DNA from: a virus
Reading direction: 5' to 3' (one strand)
Length of the DNA: 64,000 nt
Virus record (IMG/VR): IMGVR_UViG_3300034685_000168
Coordinates: 32,001 to 96,000 of that record
Below the pieces are notes generated by a model, which ran no database searches, had not been told where the DNA came from, and was given only the letters and a program-made list of their open reading frames with translations. This document shows positions 51,407-59,688 of this stretch, in pieces (position 1 is the first letter of the stretch; each line of letters opens with the position of its first letter). Position numbers and translations under genes: made by a program.

Positions 51407-51557
51407 TTTTTTCTCCTTTTTATATCTAAGTTAAAAAGCCCTAAAAAAGTATAACGTATTAATAACTTTTATAGCTCTATTTTGGCTTAAAAAGACGTCC
51501 GTGTATAATGATACACGGTTTGTATTGAACCTGTTTTATTTAACAAATTCCATTAAT

Positions 51558-51584
51558 GGAATATATAACTAAAATTTTAATGAA
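51558..51584 (-). promoter_or_regulatory. Putative early promoter
   Basis: GGAATATATAACTAAAATTTTAATGAA. Confidence 0.65.
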
Positions 51585-51602
51585 AAAAAATAAGAGGAGT
51601 AT

Positions 51603-51636
51603 AGATAAGAGTGTGGATAAAACCACACTCTTATCT
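51603..51636. terminator. Hairpin terminator
   Basis: AGATAAGAGTGTGG...CCACACTCTTATCT. Confidence 0.75.
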
Positions 51637-51669
51637 TAAAACTTAATTGTAATCATGATTAAAATTAAA

Positions 51670-51972
51670 TTATTCCATAATAGATTTATTATATTCGTTA
51701 AATAAACCTAATAATTCATCCATCTTTTTAAAAAGTAGATTCCGGAGTCTACTTTCTTTGATGAATTTGCAAACACTAACATAATGATGCATTACTATTC
51801 TCTTGTCAGACCAATCTATATTACTACCATCATTGATTAAATTAAATGATTCATTAACTACTTTTTTCAAATCAAATAATTCACATTTAATTTGGTTATG
51901 CAATATAAAATTAGTTTCTTCTTCCGCTTCCTTTTCAATTTTATTTATTAAATCATTTATTTCTGTTTGCAT
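51670..51972 (-). CDS. Hypothetical early protein
   Basis: ATG 51972 (MQTEIN) after AAGGA. Confidence 0.65.
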   Translation of the reverse strand: MQTEINDLINKIEKEAEEETNFILHNQIKCELFDLKKVVNESFNLINDGSNIDWSDKRIVMHHYVSVCKFIKESRLRNLLFKKMDELLGLFNEYNKSIME

Positions 51973-52093
51973 TATCAATATTCCTTAAACTTTTTTTATT
52001 TGAAGTGACAAGATTATCATTTAACTCCTCTTAATTAATTTAAATAAATACAAACATATTAATCACCTACCTTTCTTTTGTAATATCATAAAA

Positions 52094-52120
52094 GAAATAT
52101 ATAAATGATTTTTAATTGAA
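52094..52120 (-). promoter_or_regulatory. Putative early promoter
   Basis: GAAATATATAAATGATTTTTAATTGAA. Confidence 0.7.
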
Positions 52121-52136
52121 ATATTAATATATACAA

Positions 52137-52325
52137 CACTCCGTATAAGAAAGCTATGCGGGGAAGCGGTCAGCTTCCACCCGCATAACCGCTTATACAT
52201 CTGTGGCCCATTTTCTTGGTGTCCTCTCGGATCTTTAATAGCATTACGCTTATTCTCTACATTAGTAGTTTATGTATACCAGGACGGGTACGTTATTACA
52301 TCTAGTCTAACTTTAGTTGTAACCT
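52137..52325. ncRNA. Putative structured non-coding RNA/DNA element
   Basis: GC-rich island with nested stems GTATAAG/CTTATAC, TATGCGGG/CCCGCATA, GAAGC/GCTTC, plus GTCCT/AGGAC. Confidence 0.5.
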
Positions 52326-52343
52326 TTAACAAAATTTAAAATA

Positions 52344-53102
52344 TTATTTATTTTCAAAAATATTTGATAGCTCATCGAGTTTTACTTTTTTATCAGAACT
52401 TTGTTCTTTAAGTTGTTCAGTTTTTTCTTTAAGTTCTTTAATTTTATTTTCTGTCTTTTTAAGCTCTTCTTTTTTTTCAACAAGTAGTTGTTGATGAGAT
52501 AATTCTTTCTGAGAAGCAGCAAGTTTTTTCTGTAGATCTAGAAGCTCAATCGTATATTCATTTTGATTTTTTTCGAACATAAGATCTGAAGCATCCAGAG
52601 CTGCTGCTTTTTTAGGAAAATGAACACGAATAAAATCTTCGACTTTCTGTTTAGTTTCTTCATCATCCCTAAGGTGATTTATATCCTGAAGAATGTCCAA
52701 ATCATGTTTATTTTTCTTTGTTACTTTGTCGTAAATTACAAACCAATCAAAAAATTCATTTATAACATAATCCCAAAATTTACCATTGAAGAATCTTCTG
52801 GAGTTGAAATTTTCAAGTCTAGAAGCTAGAATATCTCCAGGATTCATTTCAACTTCCCACACGTTATAAAAAATTTTACTAGTTCTATGTTGTTTCTTCT
52901 TTTTATCAAAGTATTTAATTTCTACAGGTTCTTTCGTATGAGAAATTACAGTCACAACACCAGGGATATGGCTTCCATCGAATTTGAAGAAGTTCTCAAA
53001 CTCTTGAGACCAGATAGTGTTAAATCTAGCTCGTCCACCAGTAGAAGGTTTGTCAGTAATTTTAATTCTTCTTGGTTCTTCGTTCACAGTTTCATTTTGC
53101 AT
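52344..53102 (-). CDS. Orphan protein with C-terminal coiled coil
   Basis: Start revised to MQNE after AAGGA; 252 aa. Confidence 0.7.
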   Translation of the reverse strand: MQNETVNEEPRRIKITDKPSTGGRARFNTIWSQEFENFFKFDGSHIPGVVTVISHTKEPVEIKYFDKKKKQHRTSKIFYNVWEVEMNPGDILASRLENFNSRRFFNGKFWDYVINEFFDWFVIYDKVTKKNKHDLDILQDINHLRDDEETKQKVEDFIRVHFPKKAAALDASDLMFEKNQNEYTIELLDLQKKLAASQKELSHQQLLVEKKEELKKTENKIKELKEKTEQLKEQSSDKKVKLDELSNIFENK

Positions 53103-53285
53103 AAGTTTTATTTCCTTCAACGTGTTTAAAAGTTTTATATTTAGAAAATTATAAACTTCTGTTTTTTTTTACGATGAAAGTTATGTTTGATTGTTTTGTA
53201 GCAAGTGTGAATCGATGAAGTTGAATTATTTCTTATATCATGATAACCTTTTTTGTTTTCGCTAAAACCAAGCATTTTTTAAAAG

Positions 53286-53420
53286 CTTCTTGATTTCTCT
53301 AAACTTTTTTCTTAACTTCTTGATTTACAATAAAATTCTTATTAACTTCTTGTTTTCTAAGGCTTTTCTATTCTTCTTCTTGATTTACAACACTTTTCTC
53401 TCTAATCTCTTGATTTACAA
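53286..53420. repeat. Five iteron-like repeats with an exact 30-bp period
   Basis: (CT)TCTTGATTTACAA-like units at 53286, 53316, 53346, 53376 and 53406. Confidence 0.85.
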
Positions 53421-53800
53421 CTAAAAATTCTCTAACCTAGACTTTTAGGGTTAAAAGAAAAAAGTAACATAAAAAAGAAAAGACTAAATGTATATATAAT
53501 ACTTCGTATTATATATATCTAATTATATAAAGGTAATCAAAAATTTATTATATATAATAATATTAATAATATATATTATTTATATAATTATATAAATAAC
53601 AAGTATATAATACTACGTATTATATATTATTAATTATATAATATTTAAACAATACATATTATTATATTATAATATATATAATAAATTAAGATAAGGTATA
53701 AAAGAAAAAAAGAAAAGAAAAAAAGAAAAAAAGAAAATTTTGAGAAAAAGAGATTTTTGTAAGATTGCTTTTTTTTCCTTTTTCGTTTTTTTTTAGAAAA
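53286..53800. other. Candidate replication origin
   Basis: Iterons, twin TATATAATAC-3nt-GTATTATATA hairpins (53491, 53604), nearly pure A/T tract, then A-rich and T-rich tracts. Confidence 0.5.
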
Positions 53801-53887
53801 TTAAGATTAAATTTTTTAGATAACTGTAAATAAAATTTTAGATTAGATCATAAAAAAATACATACAGTTATCATGTTATAAAAAACT

Positions 53888-54223
53888 TTAAGAAGAAATT
53901 GAATTGAATTTTGAGTTGTTTATTTCTTCTGAATTTAGACTTAGTGAGTAGTTATATTCGTTTCTTGCAAAAATAGTTTGAATTATTTTATATTTTCTTG
54001 TTAACAAGAGTTTATCTTCAACATAAACTTCATACGAAGTACTTTGATTTTTATTAATCTTGAAATTAACTAGAATTTTTTTATTAATATCATCAATGAA
54101 TTTTATTTTACCTGTAATTTTGAAATTTTGTATTAATTCTATAACTCTATCAAGATCTTCATCGAAGAATTTTAGAATAGCTGAAGCTATGATATCTTGT
54201 TCTGATAAATTTATACAATTCAT
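53888..54223 (-). CDS. Hypothetical protein
   Basis: 111-aa ORF with an AGGAG RBS. Confidence 0.65.
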   Translation of the reverse strand: MNCINLSEQDIIASAILKFFDEDLDRVIELIQNFKITGKIKFIDDINKKILVNFKINKNQSTSYEVYVEDKLLLTRKYKIIQTIFARNEYNYSLSLNSEEINNSKFNSISS

Positions 54224-54334
54224 GATTTTATATTCTCCTAGTAAATAAATTATAATTTAATTTTGGGTTATAAAATTATAAGTTTATTATTTTATAAAAA
54301 CTAAAAATAACTCAAACTTAGGAAATTAAACAAA

Positions 54335-55660
54335 ATGAATTTACAAAATTTGCTAAAAGAATATAAACAACTTGAAGTTAAGGATTTTGAAAATCCAGAA
54401 AAAATGGAAATTGAATTTTATAAGCTTTGTTCAGAATTTGATAATTTAGTTTATACTCATGATATAATAAACAATACTTTGAAAATTAAGAATTTTGATA
54501 CAAGTGTTTTAGATTTTGTTGAAAATATCGGAGCTAAAGCAATCTTTGGAGAAGATGAATTTAAAAAAGTTTATTATTTTATACAAACACAAAATAACCT
54601 TGATTCTGAAGAATACAAAATAATTTACAATGGATTTTTTGAAAAAGGCTTAGAAGCAATAAAGAAAGCTATTTATTTTCTTCTGGATGTTATAAAAAAA
54701 ATATTAGGATTTATTTTATCTGCTCTTGCTATATATCCTGCAATGCTTTATTTTTTACTTGTAGGAACAAAAGATAAATTTAAAAAAGCTATAGTGAAGA
54801 ATGAAAAAGCTAAAAAAGAATATGTTAAGAAACAACAAGTTAAAGAAAATATATCAGATTATCAACAAGAAGAAAAAATAAAAGATGATTTTTTTAGTTT
54901 TCTTCAGGATAAAATATCCAATAAAAAACTTAATTTTTTAGTTTTAGAAGTTAATGATTTAGGAGAAAAAAATCTTAGTGATATTATTTACAATCACTTA
55001 ACTCCTATGAAACAAATTTTATCTTCTCAGAAGAATATGTTAGAGGAGTTTATTAACTATCCAGAAAAACATGATTATCAAAAAATCTTTAAAGAAATAA
55101 ACGAAAGATTTTATTCTGAATTTAGTCCTGAATATTATAAAGCTCTTTGTATAGAATTCGAAGAAGGAACTTTTAATGCCATAGGAAATACAGAAAAATT
55201 AAGAGATAAATATTATAAACAAAAATCTTGTTCTATGCTAGAGTTTTTTAATTACGATAGTGATGTTACAGGTGTTCTTAAGACTATAACTAAAGAAATA
55301 TTTATTACACCTAATAAACTAGAAGAAAAAATTATTGAATTAGATAGAAGATATTATGAGAATTTAGGTATTACCAGAATGAGAGGAATTTTAGAAAAAG
55401 ATTCTAAAGAAATCAAGAGATTATATGACGAATTAGAAAAACTAGCTAAAAATAAAAATGTTTTAGAAAACTTAGATGCTGGTAATTTTCTTATTAATAT
55501 TCTTGAAAATAAAAAACAATTTGATAGATTAATTTTTACTATTACAACTCAATTAAAAGCATTTGATGAATTTAGTAAAAGATATCTTGAAGTATTTATT
55601 GAAAATATTATTTTCGTTCTAGATGAATTATCTGATTATTATATGAAAAAAGCAAGTTAA
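54335..55660 (+). CDS. Putative internal head protein-like
   Basis: ~100-aa prodomain then GFFEKGLEAIKKAIYFLLDVIKKI amphipathic helix. Confidence 0.5.
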   Translation: MNLQNLLKEYKQLEVKDFENPEKMEIEFYKLCSEFDNLVYTHDIINNTLKIKNFDTSVLDFVENIGAKAIFGEDEFKKVYYFIQTQNNLDSEEYKIIYNGFFEKGLEAIKKAIYFLLDVIKKILGFILSALAIYPAMLYFLLVGTKDKFKKAIVKNEKAKKEYVKKQQVKENISDYQQEEKIKDDFFSFLQDKISNKKLNFLVLEVNDLGEKNLSDIIYNHLTPMKQILSSQKNMLEEFINYPEKHDYQKIFKEINERFYSEFSPEYYKALCIEFEEGTFNAIGNTEKLRDKYYKQKSCSMLEFFNYDSDVTGVLKTITKEIFITPNKLEEKIIELDRRYYENLGITRMRGILEKDSKEIKRLYDELEKLAKNKNVLENLDAGNFLINILENKKQFDRLIFTITTQLKAFDEFSKRYLEVFIENIIFVLDELSDYYMKKAS

Positions 55661-55873
55661 ATTATATTTTTTTATACAAACTACTTATTATATAAAAGTA
55701 ATTATTGTTAGTATTAATATATGGGATATAGAAGAAAACCTCTTTTAAGTAAAAACATTTATATTATTCTGTATATTAATATTCTTTTAACATTATTATA
55801 AATTTGCCTCGGTTTATAGTAATGTCATAAGAAATCCTCTTTCTTTTTTTGGTTGATATAACCTGTTTTGCTC

Positions 55874-55912
55874 TTAGTGTATATCCCTAGTTAAACTAGG
55901 GATATACACTAA
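55874..55912. terminator. Long hairpin
   Basis: TTAGTGTATATCCCTAGTT-A-AACTAGGGATATACACTAA. Confidence 0.65.
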
Positions 55913-55991
55913 AGTAATCTATTATAAAAAATTATACAAAATTGTTATTATATATAAAAATTTATAATAATTAACAAAAAGGTATTAAAAT

Positions 55992-56426
55992 ATGATATAT
56001 AATTTAACAGCATATACCGATGGATCTTATTTTAGGAACAATGGTGGTAATGCGTCTATAGTCCTTCATGGTTCTAATTTTTTATTAATATTAGAAAGAG
56101 AAACTAGTTCATACGTTACTAATAATCGTATGGAATTAAAAGCAGTAATAAATATATTAAAACATCTTAATAGTCAATGTAATATAACTATTTATTGTGA
56201 TAGTAAATATGTTGTGGATAGTATAGACCAAGGATGGGTTAATAATTGGGTTAATAATAATTGGCGTAATAGTGGTGGAGATGTAAAGAATAGAGATTTA
56301 TGGGAAGAATACTTAATGTATTCTCAATATCATAATGTTAAAATGATATGGGTTAGAGGACATGATGGGAATATAGATAATGAGTTTGTAGATGAGATGG
56401 CTAATTATGCAAGAAAATATTTATAA
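55992..56426 (+). CDS. rnhA: Ribonuclease HI
   Basis: YTDGS, TNNRMEL, DSKY, KNRDLW, WVRGH, NEFVD. Confidence 0.95.
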   Translation: MIYNLTAYTDGSYFRNNGGNASIVLHGSNFLLILERETSSYVTNNRMELKAVINILKHLNSQCNITIYCDSKYVVDSIDQGWVNNWVNNNWRNSGGDVKNRDLWEEYLMYSQYHNVKMIWVRGHDGNIDNEFVDEMANYARKYL

Positions 56427-56558
56427 AAAGACAGTTATTATATAAGACTCTTCTTTTCTGTCATAACTGTTATTATAGGAAATGTATTATAAGTAAAATA
56501 TTTATGATATGTTTCCTATATAAAAAACCAATCGATCCTTTCTTTTCTTCTGGTTAAT

Positions 56559-56593
56559 GTATAATACTCTACCATTATGGTAGAGTATTATAC
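56559..56593. terminator. Bidirectional hairpin terminator
   Basis: GTATAATACTCTACCAT-T-ATGGTAGAGTATTATAC. Confidence 0.75.
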
Positions 56594-56596
56594 TAA

Positions 56597-58771
56597 CTAG
56601 TTAATATATTGATCCATTAATAGAGTTACTTTTTTCTTATTTTTATTTTTATCCATAGTTGCTTCTATTTTCAATGATTCTAGAATCATATAGATAGTTG
56701 ACATATTCTCATAAATAATTTGCCTTCTATCCACTAATGGTTTAATAATATCTGGAATAATATCATATTGTAAACTTAATGCTAACTTAGAAGGGAATAT
56801 TTTATATTTAGCTTTTCTGGTTTTAGGTTGTTTATTAGGATGAACTTGATTCCATAGATCATCTATATACTTTTCTAATTTCTTAAAGAATTTATTATGA
56901 TTTTCTGCTAACCAATTAAGATATCCTTCGTCTATATCATTAAGTGGTATAACTTTAGTTTTAGTTGGTATATTGAGTTCTCCAAATTTATCAGCGAATA
57001 ATGAATTCCATAAATCTGAATATAACCAATTAGAACTTAAATGATTTTTATAATCTTCTTCATTCTTAATAGAAACTGATTTAATGTAATCTGTTGTACC
57101 TTCATCTATAGATTTATTAATATCTAATTCTCTTTCTAAAGCTATATTAATAAATTCTCTAGCACTAATTGTTCCTTCTGCAACATCAGTCATTATTTTC
57201 TTTAAGAAATAATCTATAAAATCAGATGTTTTATCTGGAAACACAGATGATCTTAATTGTATCCCTTTAATATCATATTTATTTTTTAATAATACCATTC
57301 CTTCTACCATTGTTATTAATGAAGCATAATGTTTTTTAACATTAAATCCTATATATAGAGGCATAAGAAACTCATTCTTCATTACCATCCTATGAGATTC
57401 TTTTTCACTACTCCCATGTGCGATACTATATTTATAAAGAGTTTTAAACATAGTTTTAGCAACTAAGAAAATAACTAATGAAGATATTTCATATAAACCT
57501 TGTGTAATTTTAACTTCTTCTCCAGTATAAAGTGTAACCCAATTATGACATGAATAAATACAACTATCAGTATCGGAACCAGGAACTGTATTACGTCTCA
57601 TTAAATGTTTAGTATTTATATTATCTATTTGTGTTTTAGTATCTATTAGAATATTGTAAATAGACATTAGTTCATTGAGTTTATTTTCTACATGGTTATA
57701 AATGTGAATTATTTCTTTATATAATTCTGTATTAACAGTTGAAAGTTCTATAATAGAATAAACTCTATCTTTATTAGTTTTAGGATCTTTTAAAATTAAT
57801 TTATCACCTATATTGATACTAACTAATATTAATATATCTTCATCGAATGAGTTATGAAATTCAGTAAAATTGTGTGGTATAGATGAAGTATCTATATTTT
57901 TAAAGTCAAATAGATCTTTTAAAAAAGGTAAAAAGAAGTGTGTATTTTTCCAGAATAAATAATAAAGATTATTAACATAATAAATATATATAAGTTCTTC
58001 TTTACTCATATTATTTATTATAGATGTTGATTTAGTTAGTTTATCGAAAAAAGAATAATTACGAACTTGTTTAGTAAAGTGTTCTATTACATCTTCTTTA
58101 GTTGGTAATTTAAAATTGTATTTATTAATTATTTCTAATACTTCATTATGTTTATCAAATTGTTTTAAATGAGTTATAATGTAATTTACAACATCATTAT
58201 CACAAGTTAAATGAAAATTACCACCTATAGTATTTTCTATACAAGTAGTTGCATTTTTAATAAGTGATCTTGCTAAAGAAGTAATAGCATTATAATTACC
58301 TTTATCATATTGTGCATTATAAGGACTATTATATGATCCAGGTAATGTATTAACTCGTATTTTTTTATTACCTTGTGCAAAGTTTTTTAAATTAGCTAAA
58401 TCTTCTTTGCCTTGTGCTCTAAGTTTAAATCCTTCTTTTTTAATTTGACTTCTTTCTTTTAATCTAACTATAATGTAATCTGATAGTAATGATTTTTCTT
58501 CTTCTTCTGGAATATATACACTACCACTAGGAGTAATAATATTTTTTTTATTAGCATTTATCCAATTCATTAGAGATTGATTTTTAACTACTACTTCACC
58601 TTTTTCAGTAATAATATTACCTATAGTTAAATCTTTAAAATTGTCTTGTATATATCCTTTTAGTATTTCTCTTACTTGTTCTTCTTTTCCAATATATTTA
58701 CCAGTACGAAGTAGAGCATCATATTGATTCTCAAAATAACATACTAATAAATCTAAACGTTCTCTGCTCAT
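56597..58771 (-). CDS. DNA polymerase family B, C-terminal part of a split enzyme
   Basis: Motif B R..IKK...Q.NKKIRVNTLPG, motif C SDTDS, KKHYA, IKG; start revised to MSRERL. Confidence 0.88.
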   Translation of the reverse strand: MSRERLDLLVCYFENQYDALLRTGKYIGKEEQVREILKGYIQDNFKDLTIGNIITEKGEVVVKNQSLMNWINANKKNIITPSGSVYIPEEEEKSLLSDYIIVRLKERSQIKKEGFKLRAQGKEDLANLKNFAQGNKKIRVNTLPGSYNSPYNAQYDKGNYNAITSLARSLIKNATTCIENTIGGNFHLTCDNDVVNYIITHLKQFDKHNEVLEIINKYNFKLPTKEDVIEHFTKQVRNYSFFDKLTKSTSIINNMSKEELIYIYYVNNLYYLFWKNTHFFLPFLKDLFDFKNIDTSSIPHNFTEFHNSFDEDILILVSINIGDKLILKDPKTNKDRVYSIIELSTVNTELYKEIIHIYNHVENKLNELMSIYNILIDTKTQIDNINTKHLMRRNTVPGSDTDSCIYSCHNWVTLYTGEEVKITQGLYEISSLVIFLVAKTMFKTLYKYSIAHGSSEKESHRMVMKNEFLMPLYIGFNVKKHYASLITMVEGMVLLKNKYDIKGIQLRSSVFPDKTSDFIDYFLKKIMTDVAEGTISAREFINIALERELDINKSIDEGTTDYIKSVSIKNEEDYKNHLSSNWLYSDLWNSLFADKFGELNIPTKTKVIPLNDIDEGYLNWLAENHNKFFKKLEKYIDDLWNQVHPNKQPKTRKAKYKIFPSKLALSLQYDIIPDIIKPLVDRRQIIYENMSTIYMILESLKIEATMDKNKNKKKVTLLMDQYIN

Positions 58772-58876
58772 TTTATAAACCCTTTCATTATTGTTCTTTC
58801 TTTTTTTATGGTTATTAATAATCATATATAATTAAAAGAACATATAAAAAATTAACATTAAGGAGATAAAAAGAAA

Positions 58877-59377
58877 ATGAGTGGAATTATAACTAGGTTA
58901 CAGAAACATAATATCGAATCGTTTAAAGATGATTTTGATAAACTTACTGATAATGACAAAACAGTTATTAATACGGTATCACAAGTTTCTATTCTTTCAC
59001 AGACTATTAAGAATAAACTTAAAGATAATGATATTGAAACTACAGAAAGATTTATAAAAGATATTGTTAAACGTAACAAAGAAGTTGGTAATCTAAATTT
59101 TGGTGTTGATAAGAAAATAGATGAATATATTGAAGATATTAAAGTTAAAGAATCTTCTAATAAAAAGAATATAGAAGAAGATTTACTAGATATGATTTTT
59201 AATACTGATATATTTGATGTATTGAGTTGCTTGGACAATGAAGTTGATAAAAATAAAATTATGAAAATAAAAGAATTACAGAATGAAATTACAAGTATCA
59301 AAAATGAATTTATTAATAAATATGGTGATCAACTTAAATATGCTATGAAAAATAATAGTAAAGTAATTATGGTATAA
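58877..59377 (+). CDS. Hypothetical protein
   Basis: 166 aa, AGGAG RBS. Confidence 0.7.
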   Translation: MSGIITRLQKHNIESFKDDFDKLTDNDKTVINTVSQVSILSQTIKNKLKDNDIETTERFIKDIVKRNKEVGNLNFGVDKKIDEYIEDIKVKESSNKKNIEEDLLDMIFNTDIFDVLSCLDNEVDKNKIMKIKELQNEITSIKNEFINKYGDQLKYAMKNNSKVIMV

Positions 59378-59409
59378 ATATTTTTTTAAGGTAAGAGGAT
59401 ATTTTTTAA

Positions 59410-59628
59410 ATGAAAAAAAATAAAATGGCCAAAAAGCGATTAAGAGAAAAACAAATTAAAAAACAACAAAATATTAAAAAAAACAACACTAGTAAAAGAG
59501 AATCAAATATTAATAAACTTTTATCACAAATAAATAGTCTAAAACAAGTAATGAGTTCTGTTAAAGACACTAAAGATAATATATCTAATTTAATGGAATC
59601 ACCTGAAGAAATTATTAGTACAGAATAA
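59410..59628 (+). CDS. Small basic hypothetical protein
   Basis: K/R-rich N-terminus, GAGGA RBS. Confidence 0.6.
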   Translation: MKKNKMAKKRLREKQIKKQQNIKKNNTSKRESNINKLLSQINSLKQVMSSVKDTKDNISNLMESPEEIISTE

Positions 59629-59688
59629 AAAAGTTTATTATAGTATTTTTTCTTTTGCTTTTTAATAAAAAAAGGAATTTATTCAATT

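Noticed and set aside
52143-52198. Group II intron domain V or retron msr-msd
   Set aside because: Only superficial similarity (TATGCGGGGAA); stem geometry differs and no reverse transcriptase is in the window
53286-53420. Mini CRISPR array
   Set aside because: Repeat (~15 bp) and spacer (~15 bp) are too short, the spacers are similar low-complexity sequence, and no cas genes are present
53497-53513. loxP-like site (ACTTCGTAT)
   Set aside because: Only part of one arm, no second arm with an 8-bp spacer, and no recombinase nearby
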